A DNA stretch of 64,000 nucleotides from assembly GCA_023441055.1 (NCBI GenBank), contig JAEZQY010000029.1:207328-271327 (forward strand), read 5' to 3'. Origin of the DNA: Bacillota bacterium (GTDB taxonomy: Bacteria; Bacillota; Bacilli; Paenibacillales; UBA4045). The notes below the pieces were generated by a model. The model had not been told where the DNA came from and ran no database searches. It was given only the letters and a program-made list of their open reading frames with translations. Positions 47,887-57,279 of the stretch are shown piece by piece. Both the position numbers and the translations under genes were made by a program. Each line of letters starts with the position of its first letter. The first letter of the stretch is position 1.

Positions 47887-48801
47887 ATGGACAAAGTGGA
47901 GAGACTCATTTCGATTATCATGATATTGCTGAAAAAAGAGGTTGTTTCTGCGACGGAATTCTCAACACTATTCCAAGTTTCCAAAAGAACGATTATTCGT
48001 GATATGGAAACATTGAGCTTATCGAACATCCCGATCTACTCTATCACTGGGGTCAAAGGCGGCTACGGCATAATGGAGGAATATAAGGTCGATAAGCGCC
48101 TTTTAAGCAGCTCAGATCTAGAGCATATATTAACTGCGCTCGGCGGATTGGAACAACTCCTCCTAACTGAAGAAGTTGAAAGAACGATCAAAAAAATAGA
48201 GGCAATGGTTAGTCCATTGTCTCTGAATCGTTCCATTCAACTGTCGTTTCATCATTGGGAAGGCAGGTCCGAGATTCTCGATACCTTAAAGACATGTCAA
48301 GAATCTATTTTGAAGAAAAGGCTGGTTTCGTTTGATTACACGGATAAGGACGGGGCTGTAACGAATAGAATGGTCGAGCCCTATGAACTGCACTTTAGCG
48401 AAGCGAGCTGGTACTTGAAAGGTTTCTGTTTACATCGACAGAACGCTCGAACATTCAAGCTATCTCGGATCGATCAGATGACGATGGATGAACGCGTGTT
48501 TCATCCAAGAGACGATTGGGCAGAGCAAGGTCGCGTTGCAAGTTATCAACCGCAGCTCGTCACGATTAAGGCATGGATATCGCCTAGCATCAAGGATCAA
48601 ATCATCGAAAGGTATGGTCGAAGAAGTATTGAAGAACATCGTTCTGGATCTTTATTAGCAACCATGTATGTCCCTCAGATTCGTTCGGGATTTCAATTCT
48701 TGGCAAGCTTCGGCACACAAATAAAAGTTATAGAGCCCAACACCTTTGTTGAGGACTTTCGCAATTACTTATATCAAATGGTGGAGAACTACTCCTGTTA
48801 G
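47887..48801 (+). CDS. YafY-family regulator (HTH + WYL domain)
   Basis: N-terminal DeoR-type HTH (..ATEFSTLFQVSKRTIIRDMETL..) and WYL region (..EPYELHFSEASWYLKGFCLHRQNARTFKLSRI..). Divergent from the hydrolase. Confidence 0.8.
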   Translation: MDKVERLISIIMILLKKEVVSATEFSTLFQVSKRTIIRDMETLSLSNIPIYSITGVKGGYGIMEEYKVDKRLLSSSDLEHILTALGGLEQLLLTEEVERTIKKIEAMVSPLSLNRSIQLSFHHWEGRSEILDTLKTCQESILKKRLVSFDYTDKDGAVTNRMVEPYELHFSEASWYLKGFCLHRQNARTFKLSRIDQMTMDERVFHPRDDWAEQGRVASYQPQLVTIKAWISPSIKDQIIERYGRRSIEEHRSGSLLATMYVPQIRSGFQFLASFGTQIKVIEPNTFVEDFRNYLYQMVENYSC

Positions 48802-48820
48802 ATAGAAATCAGAATGCAGC

Positions 48821-50419
48821 CTAATGACCATTAGCGTTGAGATGCTTAAGCAGATTGCTATTAAGGAGCTCCGACTTCATGATGTTCTCGTATTCGTCAG
48901 GATGGGCTTGAGTGTAATCATATGGACTGGAGGAATGGCCAGGCGAAGACAGGATACGCTCAATCTCCTCATGCACATACTCTAAAGCGTCTATTCGATC
49001 AATAAGATCGATAAGCGTGCTGCTATTTTCCGCGTACTTTCGCACGTCCCCTCCTGCCCATTGCTCAGCCATCTCTCTTGTATACGAATAAGCAGACAGA
49101 GCTCCATCCCGTTCATTCGTAATTGTGCTTGTAATAGAATCGACATTATCAATTAAGCTGAATAACAGGATACTTCTTGCGAATAGAGCGTCTCTGAGGT
49201 GCGCTTCTGCAAGAGCATCCTCCATGTCCCCGGCTTCATCGGGCTCTGCATAATTTATCGTAATGCCATACGGAGGGGCCGTAGTATGCAGCTCCACTGT
49301 CTTACGTTGAATGGTTAACGAATCGGACACGATGTCAATGAGCGTAACAACCTTACTGTTATTTCCTACATAGGGCGTCTTATAATTGATTAGCGCATCT
49401 ACGTTGTACTTGTTATTTTGTTCTGTGCTAGATAGAGGCTTCTGGTCGTTCTGGTCCTTAAGCGGGTTTGCTATCAGCAAAACGAACAGCGCTGCAACGA
49501 CTGCGATAGCGAGGATACTCACCCAGAATGCAGGTTTCCTATAGGTAAGAATGTTCTTAATTCTGGCCTTGATATGGCTCTCACCAAAGCCGAGCGGGCT
49601 TCCAACTAACAACTTGCTCCGCTTAACGGCTAGGGCAAGCAAAGCGTTCGAATACCCACCCTTACGATCAACGCCCAGCTCCTTCAGCGCACGCTCGTCG
49701 CAGGACATCTCCATGTCTTTGCTCATTAAGGCGAAGGATACCCACATCACAGGATTAAACCAATGGACGATCACAACTAAGAAAGCAAGCGGCTTGATTA
49801 CATAGTCCCATCTTCGAATATGGGTTTGTTCATGGGCGAGAATGTAAGATAACTGTTCCTCAGGAATGTTCAGCGGCACGTAAATTCTAGGCTTGAAGAA
49901 GCCGCATACAAAGGGCTGATCAATCTGGTCCGATTCGAAAATATGATCGCGGATCCTTGTAGCTGTGCTAACCTTCCGCATCACCTTGAGGTATGACCAT
50001 ACACTGTAGACAATGAGCACAACCATACCCACTACCCACATCGCGCTGATCACCGACATCATAATCTGCATCGGATTCACACTCATGATCGGTTTTGCGG
50101 CAGGCAGCAGACTGCTGACGGATTGGCTAATACTGCGCACACCAAGATCAACGATTGGACTCTTCATCATGTCTATGTCATAGGGCAGATAGATTAAGGC
50201 GGCTGAGTCGCCCTGCTCGCTTGACTTGAACAAACTTAGGAAGCTGAACGATGAGCTGAAGGAAACGGGAATAACCAGCCTAATGAACACGGCAGCCCAG
50301 AGTACGTACGAGAAGATCCTTGGCAGCCCAGTCAGAAATAAGCGAATAACGATCACACCAAGCGCAACATAGGTCGCGGTTACACTCATGTTGAAAATAG
50401 TAGTGAATAGTGAGCTCAT
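48821..50419 (-). CDS. BlaR1/MecR1-type M56 peptidase signal transducer with non-PBP (DUF4825-like) sensor domain
   Basis: HExxH = AHEQTHIRRWD in the membrane domain. The extracellular C-terminus has ...YKTPYVGNNSKVVTLI... and no SxxK penicillin-binding motif. ATGA overlap with blaI. Confidence 0.75.
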   Translation of the reverse strand: MSSLFTTIFNMSVTATYVALGVIVIRLFLTGLPRIFSYVLWAAVFIRLVIPVSFSSSFSFLSLFKSSEQGDSAALIYLPYDIDMMKSPIVDLGVRSISQSVSSLLPAAKPIMSVNPMQIMMSVISAMWVVGMVVLIVYSVWSYLKVMRKVSTATRIRDHIFESDQIDQPFVCGFFKPRIYVPLNIPEEQLSYILAHEQTHIRRWDYVIKPLAFLVVIVHWFNPVMWVSFALMSKDMEMSCDERALKELGVDRKGGYSNALLALAVKRSKLLVGSPLGFGESHIKARIKNILTYRKPAFWVSILAIAVVAALFVLLIANPLKDQNDQKPLSSTEQNNKYNVDALINYKTPYVGNNSKVVTLIDIVSDSLTIQRKTVELHTTAPPYGITINYAEPDEAGDMEDALAEAHLRDALFARSILLFSLIDNVDSITSTITNERDGALSAYSYTREMAEQWAGGDVRKYAENSSTLIDLIDRIDALEYVHEEIERILSSPGHSSSPYDYTQAHPDEYENIMKSELLNSNLLKHLNANGH

Positions 50420-50775
50420 CGTGTTGCCTCATCTATGATGCTCTGAAGCTCCTTGGCCTCTTGTTCCGTTAACTTCTTACCGCCTAAGAATGCCGTTAAA
50501 AATTGGGGAAGCGATCCGCCGAAGGCCTTATCGACGATGGCGCGGCTCTCCAGCTTCTGAGTGTCCTCGCGCTTGAGTATAGAAGTTACAACAGCTTCTT
50601 CATTGCGAAGCATCCCCTTCTCACCCAGTTTGCGCAGCATCGTATAAGTCGTGGACTTCTTCCATCCAAGTTCCTCTAGGCACAGTCGAACAAGCTCCGT
50701 AGAATTAACCGGCTCATGCTGCCAAATGATGCTCATAACCTTATATTCCGCATCGAATAGTTTATAGGTTTCCAT
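50416..50775 (-). CDS. BlaI/MecI/CopY family repressor
   Basis: Winged helix ...EYKVMSIIWQHEPVNSTELVRLCLEELGWKKSTTYTMLRKLGEKGML... Confidence 0.85.
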   Translation of the reverse strand: METYKLFDAEYKVMSIIWQHEPVNSTELVRLCLEELGWKKSTTYTMLRKLGEKGMLRNEEAVVTSILKREDTQKLESRAIVDKAFGGSLPQFLTAFLGGKKLTEQEAKELQSIIDEATR

Positions 50776-50779
50776 ATAA

Positions 50780-50825
50780 AAACTCCTCTCTAAGGTTTAT
50801 TCGAGTAGACCTTAGAGAGGAGTTT
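50780..50825 (-). terminator. 17-bp-arm perfect hairpin plus U-tract that runs into the blaI start codon (terminator, anti-SD and possible operator)
   Basis: Minus strand: AAACTCCTCTCTAAGGT-(12 nt)-ACCTTAGAGAGGAGTTT-TTATATG. The 3' arm contains the blaI SD. Confidence 0.6.
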
Positions 50826-50849
50826 ATCGCAGTAAACCTTGTTTGTCAA
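50821..50849 (-). promoter_or_regulatory. candidate blaI promoter TTGACA-N17-TAAACT
   Basis: -35 at 50849-50844 and -10 at 50826-50821 (minus strand). The spacer contains the imperfect palindrome GTTTACTGCGATAAAC. Confidence 0.45.
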
Positions 50850-50899
50850 TCTGATTCGAATCTCTTGCTAGGCGAGTGATAAGCGGATTCAGATAGCTT

Positions 50900-52240
50900 T
50901 TAGACTAACTTATGTTCTAGAATAAAATCCTTTAATATATCGTGTAGATTTGGATTTCCGACTTCGTCCAAGTCGTAGTGTACACGGGTATACGGCTTAT
51001 TAATGGTTATAACACGCGATAAATCAATCGGTGTCCCAATAATCACTGCATCGCAATCCGTCTTGTTAATCGTTTCCTCAAGATCTCTCAACTGCTGTTC
51101 ACCGTACCCCATCGCTGGGAGCACATTGCCAATATGCTTATATTTTTTGAATGTATCGGCTAATGTTCCTACTGCGAATGGACGCGGGTCAATAATTTCC
51201 TTCGCGCCTAAACGTTCCGCCGCAACCGTACCTGCCCCAAGCTTCATCTCTCCATGTGTCAGCGTCGGGCCGTCTTCAACGACTAATACGCGTTTCCCAA
51301 TGACGCTGTCCGGTTGGTCAACCGTAATCTTGGATTCAGCTTTTATGATCGTACTATTTGGATTAGCGAATGTTATATTATTTTCTACAATTCGAACGGC
51401 TTCCTCCGATGCGCTATCTATTTTATTAATGATCGCCACATCGGTTGTTCTTAGACAAACTTCTCCAGGATAATATTTCAGTTCATGGCCTGGTCGATGT
51501 GGATCCAAGACCGTAACAGCTAAGTCAGGCTCGAAGAAAGAGAAATCATTATTTCCCCCATCCCACAGGATTACATCACAACCGTCTGGGTCATTCTCAG
51601 CCGCCGCCAATATATCCGCATAATCAACACCGGCATACACAATATTGCCCCGCGCCACATGCGGTTCATATTCTTCCATTTCTTCAATTGTGCAATTATG
51701 TTTTTTTAGATCCTCTACTGTCGCAAATCGCTGAACGCGCTGCGCATTTAAGTCACCGTAAGGCATCGGATGTCTGACGGCAATGACCTTTAAGTTGTAC
51801 GCCAACAGCGTTTCAATGATTTTCCTTGACGTTTGGCTTTTGCCGGTTCCGGTTCGCACAGCGCACACAGAAATAACGGGTTTGTTGCTCTTTAGCATTG
51901 TGCTTTTCGGGCCTAGCAAGGTGAAATTAGCACCCGCAGCATTCACAATTGCGCCTACTCCCATTACATCTTCGTAACTGGCATCACTGTAAGCAAAGAT
52001 GCATTCATTTACTTCCAGCCCTTTGATCAGCTCGGGTAGTTGATCCTGTGAATAAATGGGGATACCTTCCGGGTAAAGCTCACCCGCTAGCTCGGTTGGA
52101 TATTTGCGCCCGTCAATATCTGGAATTTGCGTTGCAGTAAACGCGACAACCTTGTAAGCTTCGTTATTTCTATAATACGTATTGAAATTGTGAAAATCTC
52201 TTCCCGCTGCGCCAATAATAATTATGTTTTTTCGTTTCAT
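50900..52240 (-). CDS. cyclic 2,3-diphosphoglycerate synthetase-like P-loop protein (COG2403-type predicted GTPase)
   Basis: MKRKNIIIIGAAGRDFHNFNTYYRNN..YKVVAFTATQIP... and P-loop AVRTGTGKSQTS. SD AGGAG before the ATG at 52240. Confidence 0.55.
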   Translation of the reverse strand: MKRKNIIIIGAAGRDFHNFNTYYRNNEAYKVVAFTATQIPDIDGRKYPTELAGELYPEGIPIYSQDQLPELIKGLEVNECIFAYSDASYEDVMGVGAIVNAAGANFTLLGPKSTMLKSNKPVISVCAVRTGTGKSQTSRKIIETLLAYNLKVIAVRHPMPYGDLNAQRVQRFATVEDLKKHNCTIEEMEEYEPHVARGNIVYAGVDYADILAAAENDPDGCDVILWDGGNNDFSFFEPDLAVTVLDPHRPGHELKYYPGEVCLRTTDVAIINKIDSASEEAVRIVENNITFANPNSTIIKAESKITVDQPDSVIGKRVLVVEDGPTLTHGEMKLGAGTVAAERLGAKEIIDPRPFAVGTLADTFKKYKHIGNVLPAMGYGEQQLRDLEETINKTDCDAVIIGTPIDLSRVITINKPYTRVHYDLDEVGNPNLHDILKDFILEHKLV

Positions 52241-52331
52241 AGCACTCTCTCCTAACATTAGTTCACGATATTCTTAGGATACTATAACATGCATCTACTT
52301 ACCATTCTACATAGAATAAAAGTCGTATCAT

Positions 52332-52463
52332 TCATCCATCCTGTCCCACCGGTTCTACCGTTATTTTTTCATTCATTGATGTGTTATTCTCTTCACTACA
52401 AGCTGTCAGTATTATTAATAAAGGAATAATACATGCAACTGTGTGCATGTTCAGCAATTTCAT
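52332..52463 (-). CDS. unlisted 43-codon mini-lipoprotein ORF
   Basis: SD GAAAGGAG 8-9 nt before the ATG. MKLLNMHTVACIIPLLIILTAC|SEENNTSMNEKITVEPVGQDG with lipobox LTAC. Same strand as the flanking genes. Confidence 0.4.
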   Translation of the reverse strand: MKLLNMHTVACIIPLLIILTACSEENNTSMNEKITVEPVGQDG

Positions 52464-52551
52464 CCTTATTGCTCCTTTCTCTTTACCGGTATCAACCTGA
52501 AGAAACCATCAGGAGAAGTCTCCTGACGGTCCTGAATCTGGGGAGCTTTAA

Positions 52552-52872
52552 CTATTTTACAGCTGCTACTTCATACGTTATAATTTCGCTCCCAAGAATC
52601 GGAGACTCCTTGTTAGCCTCCTCTGAGCCCGGTTCTGGGCGTTGATGTGCCGACTTAAAGGCATCGCTATTCCTCCAGGCTGTAAATGAATCGATGGTTT
52701 CCCAGTACATATTTACATTTAACTCATCATAATCAGACAGGTTTTGTGTCAACAATACTTCCACTTTGACAAACCCTTCAGCAGTATCCAGCGGTCCTGG
52801 TGCTGTAAAACCTGGGGCCATTACCGCACCCATTCCCTTTTTCACTTTAATTCTGTTCGTCACTACGATCAT
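52552..52872 (-). CDS. ABM-domain monooxygenase, HmoA/IsdG-like heme-degrading type
   Basis: MIVVTNRIKVKKGMG...GFVKVEVLL......W.S.DAF..W..S.AFK.AH. AAGGAG SD 9 nt before the ATG at 52872. Confidence 0.65.
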   Translation of the reverse strand: MIVVTNRIKVKKGMGAVMAPGFTAPGPLDTAEGFVKVEVLLTQNLSDYDELNVNMYWETIDSFTAWRNSDAFKSAHQRPEPGSEEANKESPILGSEIITYEVAAVK

Positions 52873-52972
52873 CCTAACCATCTCCTTATTAATCATTCCA
52901 TCTCAATATCTCCAAGACATGCAGGAGCCATTCGTATTGCTCCTGTTTATGCTTTTGTTGATACGCTTATTG

Positions 52973-53323
52973 TTACAGCAATTTATCGGTATTGTATTTG
53001 GCCCCATGCTTGTTAGCAATGTAGGTTTCATAAATTTCACGATCCACGGGGTCCTCTACAATGCACACCTCTATCCGCGCCACTTCATCCCGATGATTCT
53101 TGACTGGTGATACTGTATCCTCAAAATGCTTCTTAATCCGCTGCCGCAATTTACGGGCTTTGCCTACAAACAGCAATTCATTCTTGCCGTTATAGAACAT
53201 GAAAATGCCGCCCTTTTCCCTAGTGATCAGGTGGAAATCTGTAAAGCCATAGATGTGACTCAATTCGGGTTCCTTTTGCTTGTATATGATTACTTCTGGT
53301 GTTGGAATGCTAATCGTTATCAA
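52973..53323 (-). CDS. stand-alone GIY-YIG domain protein
   Basis: GIFMFYNGKNELLFVGKARKLRQRIKKHF matches the GIY...YIG-K...L..R motif. Confidence 0.65.
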   Translation of the reverse strand: MITISIPTPEVIIYKQKEPELSHIYGFTDFHLITREKGGIFMFYNGKNELLFVGKARKLRQRIKKHFEDTVSPVKNHRDEVARIEVCIVEDPVDREIYETYIANKHGAKYNTDKLL

Positions 53324-53407
53324 GTTTAACCACGTCCTCTTCTCATCATTAAGATAGTATATACCAAGATGGACACCAAAAATAGGTTGATCGATAATAG
53401 AACTTGC

Positions 53408-54754
53408 TCAAAGCCTTTTCTTCTCGTGCATCGTGATATAGAGCATGCCAGGAAACAACACCACAGCAACGACCACCAACACAATCGTCATCGCGCTCAT
53501 ATTCCCTACGTTCATTCCTGTAGCAAACGCCACACCGTATATACTTGATGCAAGTATATTCCCAATAAATCTCGATGTCATAAGCAGTCCAGACGCAATC
53601 CCACTTTCCGAAACATGAATATACTTATACAACAAATTTTGCAGTCCGATATTCTGGATTCCATTGCTAATCCCCATAACAGCAAGAATGATACCAAGCC
53701 AAACTAAAGCAGAATGATCTCTAATCGTAAATAACAAGGTCACCCCGACTAATCCAAGAACAGCACTTACCATTAACGGAATTCGAAATCCATACCGCTC
53801 GATTGATCGAGTCGCAATAGGCGTCGTAATCATGGCAAATATCGAAATGCATAACATCACAATCCCCGCTGTTTGGGGGCTTGTGCCTAACGATCTTTGC
53901 ATGAATGTTGGAAAGCTTAGCAGTATTGAAAAAAAGAGGACCGTTGATAAAATATACTGACCATAAATCAAGGCTACATTCGGGTTTTTACGAAAGAAAT
54001 TCACATCGATGAAAGGCTCGGCCTTTCTTTTCTCATACATGTAGAACATGACGCTTAGTATTAATGCAACAATCAGAGTTAAAAATTGAACACCTTGTTC
54101 TAGTCCAAGTAAAAAGACCATCCAAGATGTGATAAAAGAACTGAATAAAAGGATGCCAAGCCTGTCCATTTTATGGGATTGCTCCGTACCCTTCCTATCT
54201 TTCGGAATGAATAGGCTCGCTAAAGTAATTCCCATCGCTAAGATCGGTAAGTTTACATAAAAAATAACCGGCCATCCTCCGAACGCAATGAGCATGCCGC
54301 CAATAGTCGGTCCGAATGCCGCAGATGTTGTTGCAAAAACAGCTAATGTCCCAATCACACGGTTTTGATTCTGCTGAATGGTATTGCGGATAATCCCAAC
54401 ACCTGCGGGAAAAAGCGCTGACGTACCAATCGCTTGGATGCCACGCATCGAAAGTAACACAAGTAGGTTTGGAGATAATGGAGCTAGAATGGAGGATACG
54501 ACAACAAGCGAAAGACCGACTAAAAAAATCAATTTCCTTCCGTACACGTCACTCCATTTTCCAATCAACGGCGTAAAAATTGCACTAATCATAAAATAAG
54601 ACGCAATAAGCCAGGAGATACTTGTTGAGCTCAGTTGGAAATCATTTTGAATGGAGGGTAACGCCACGGTAATCATCGTTGTATTTAATGGATTAAGGAT
54701 CGTGCCCAATGCGACAGCTAGTATGATAAGCTTTTCTCTTTTGTCCACAGTCAT
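53408..54754 (-). CDS. MFS transporter (DHA2/EmrB-QacA-like drug:H+ antiporter type)
   Basis: About 14 TM helices and motif ...GKWSDVYGRKLIF.... SD GAGGAG before the ATG. Confidence 0.8.
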   Translation of the reverse strand: MTVDKREKLIILAVALGTILNPLNTTMITVALPSIQNDFQLSSTSISWLIASYFMISAIFTPLIGKWSDVYGRKLIFLVGLSLVVVSSILAPLSPNLLVLLSMRGIQAIGTSALFPAGVGIIRNTIQQNQNRVIGTLAVFATTSAAFGPTIGGMLIAFGGWPVIFYVNLPILAMGITLASLFIPKDRKGTEQSHKMDRLGILLFSSFITSWMVFLLGLEQGVQFLTLIVALILSVMFYMYEKRKAEPFIDVNFFRKNPNVALIYGQYILSTVLFFSILLSFPTFMQRSLGTSPQTAGIVMLCISIFAMITTPIATRSIERYGFRIPLMVSAVLGLVGVTLLFTIRDHSALVWLGIILAVMGISNGIQNIGLQNLLYKYIHVSESGIASGLLMTSRFIGNILASSIYGVAFATGMNVGNMSAMTIVLVVVAVVLFPGMLYITMHEKKRL

Positions 54755-55076
54755 TCAGATGTCTCCTCTAGAGGTGCTGACCTTCATCTTAGCACAACAT
54801 GACTGTTTCAACATTTGTAAGATCGCTAGGCACGATTCCCCATAAGGTGTCTTCAACTGCGGGTTAAGGGGTTTACCCATGATATCACTGCGTAAATATG
54901 AATTTCTCTGTAATACTAGCTACCTTACCATCTTTCGCTTCAATAAAGAATGCGTAGAAAATATCAATAACCCAGACTTCTTTTTACTTTTGTCCATCAT
55001 TAAATAAACTCGCTTTCTCATATCAAACGCCCCTTTCTTCGATCCCTCCAATGCATCTTCGGCTGGACTTGTGCAC

Positions 55077-55793
55077 TTACACCTTGAAGCGATATCCCGC
55101 TCCCCATACGGTCTCTATAAACTGATGCCGCGACGGTTCCTTCTGGATCTTGTCCCGGATCTTGCCTACATGGACCGTGACTGTGGCGGTATCGCCATAG
55201 TTGTCGATTCCCCAGACCCTATCCAGCAGCGCCTCCTTAGAGAATACCCGATCCGGGTTTTCCGCGAGGAACAGCAGCAGATCGAATTCCTTCGTTGTCA
55301 TTGTAACCTCCGTCCCGCGCACCGTCACTCGTCTTGCATCGACCTGGATCGTGAGCTCACGAATGTTCAGCTCGCGCGACTTCCGAGCATGCGAAGAACC
55401 AGTGCCTGCCGCGACACCGGTCAATCGATCATACCGTTCTAGGTGAGCCTTCACACGCGCCACGAGCTCCGTGGGACTGAACGGCTTGGTCACATAATCG
55501 TCTGCCCCTAGACCGAGGCCTCGGATCTTGTCAATATCCTCCTTCCGGGCAGATACCATGAGCACCGGAATAAATGTCGTCTCTCGGATCCGCCGCAATA
55601 GATCAAAGCCGTCCATGCCCGGCAGCATAACGTCCAGAATGATCAGATCGTATTCTTGCTCAAGCGCCTCCTCAAGCGCCTGACGACCGTCTGCCCGAAG
55701 GGTAACCTCATAACCATTCACCTCGAGAAAGTCCCGCTCCAGCTCGGCGATCGCTTGATCGTCCTCGACGATTAATACTTTGCGCTTCGACAT
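55077..55793 (-). CDS. OmpR/PhoB-family response regulator
   Basis: Receiver (VLIVEDD...DLIILDVMLPGMDG...KPF) and winged helix (...FIETVWGAGYRF). Confidence 0.9.
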   Translation of the reverse strand: MSKRKVLIVEDDQAIAELERDFLEVNGYEVTLRADGRQALEEALEQEYDLIILDVMLPGMDGFDLLRRIRETTFIPVLMVSARKEDIDKIRGLGLGADDYVTKPFSPTELVARVKAHLERYDRLTGVAAGTGSSHARKSRELNIRELTIQVDARRVTVRGTEVTMTTKEFDLLLFLAENPDRVFSKEALLDRVWGIDNYGDTATVTVHVGKIRDKIQKEPSRHQFIETVWGAGYRFKV

Positions 55794-55794
55794 C

Positions 55795-57276
55795 TCACGC
55801 TCTCCCCGCTTCCTTGCTATCCCGTTTCATCGGAATGCTAATCATCACCGTCATGGATTGGCCCAGCTCGCTTCTCGCATGGATCGTTCCGCCATGATTA
55901 GCAATAATCTGCTTCACGATAGCAAGTCCTAACCCAGAGCCAGCCACGTCCTGATTCCGGTTCGCATCCCCCCGATAAAAACGATCGAAGATTCTCTCCA
56001 GTTCGGCCGGTTCCATCCCGGGTCCGTTATCCGTAACCGAGAATACCCAATTATCCGACTGCCGCCCGATGTGCACGTGGATATGGGGCTCCTGCTTATC
56101 CATGAATTTTATCGAATTGCCGACGAGGTTCTGCATAACACGCTTCATCTTCTGGCTATCCATCGTCACTACATCCTCTTGCCCTGCCTCATATTCGCAC
56201 GTTAGCCGCACACCCGCGCGCTCGCACTCCATCTGGAGCTCGCCCACCGTCTGACGATAGAACGACTCGAGGGACACCGTCTCCAGGTAGAAGTGTTCCT
56301 GCTCGAGATCCAGCTTCGACAATAAGAACAGATCGTCGATCATCCGGTCCATATCAAGCGTCTTCGTATAGATGACGTCGATATACTTCTTCAGCTTCTC
56401 CGGATCGTTTGCAACGCCTACCTGAATCCCCTCGACATAACCCTTAATCGAGGTCAGCGGCGTCTTCAAATCATGCGAAATATTCGAGATTAACTCCTTG
56501 CGGTTCTCCTCCAACGCCAGCTGAACCTCGATCGATCGCTGCAATTCGCTGCGCATCTTCTCATACGAGCGAATGACGCTTCCCACTTCGTTGCCCACCT
56601 TGGATTCCAGTCGGAAGTTCAAGTCCCCTTCGGCGATGCGCAGGGAGCCCTGTTCGAGCTGTCGCAGCGGCCTAACGATATCCCTTGTCGTGATCCAGAG
56701 CAGTGGGCCGAGAATGATACCGACGAGTATCGCGATGACAAGCAGCACGAACAACTTGAATTTGTTTGTCTTGGACTCTGCCATCGTCATGTCGGCCACC
56801 AGATAATACGTCAATGGATCGTCGATGCCAGGGAAATCGTAGGCTACCGACAGCAAGTCGCGTTCTTCCCACGTGCTTACTACGAACACGCCGTCTTCTT
56901 CCGGCCCAGCAGCGGCAACATCCTGCCGCAGTTGCCTTAAGAACGCCTCCCCTTCGCTGAGCTCACCGTAGCTTACCCAGTGCTCGCCTTGCCTGACGAC
57001 AAGGAAGCCCCCGAACGGCTGCAGCCGTTCCCCAATAGAATCCGCGAATTCGGGGGACGTCAGCTCCTCATGAGCGTACCGCTCCGCATAACGCAGGTCC
57101 ACGAACAGGTCGATGCCCCGGGAGAATGCTTCATGCGGGGATTGATCCTTCACGATACCGCTTACGAGATACGAGAGAACCCCTGTGACAATACCGATTC
57201 CAGTCAGCGCAACGATAATCGCCGTCAGTATAATGCCCATGAGATACGTTAGAATAAGCTTCAATCGAATCGACAT
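55795..57276 (-). CDS. sensor histidine kinase (2 TM, ~140-aa extracytoplasmic loop, HAMP, HisKA, HATPase_c)
   Basis: H-box ISHDLKTPLTSI, N-box NLVGNSIKF, G-boxes DNGPGM / GSGLGLAIVK. Confidence 0.9.
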   Translation of the reverse strand: MSIRLKLILTYLMGIILTAIIVALTGIGIVTGVLSYLVSGIVKDQSPHEAFSRGIDLFVDLRYAERYAHEELTSPEFADSIGERLQPFGGFLVVRQGEHWVSYGELSEGEAFLRQLRQDVAAAGPEEDGVFVVSTWEERDLLSVAYDFPGIDDPLTYYLVADMTMAESKTNKFKLFVLLVIAILVGIILGPLLWITTRDIVRPLRQLEQGSLRIAEGDLNFRLESKVGNEVGSVIRSYEKMRSELQRSIEVQLALEENRKELISNISHDLKTPLTSIKGYVEGIQVGVANDPEKLKKYIDVIYTKTLDMDRMIDDLFLLSKLDLEQEHFYLETVSLESFYRQTVGELQMECERAGVRLTCEYEAGQEDVVTMDSQKMKRVMQNLVGNSIKFMDKQEPHIHVHIGRQSDNWVFSVTDNGPGMEPAELERIFDRFYRGDANRNQDVAGSGLGLAIVKQIIANHGGTIHARSELGQSMTVMISIPMKRDSKEAGRA

Positions 57277-57279
57277 ACA

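Noticed and set aside
54755-54880. 41-codon minus-strand ORF (MGKPLNPQLKTPYGESCLAILQML...) whose TGA abuts the MFS start codon; possible leader peptide or regulator remnant
   Set aside because: No SD precedes its ATG, and I recognise no family. It cannot be supported from sequence alone.
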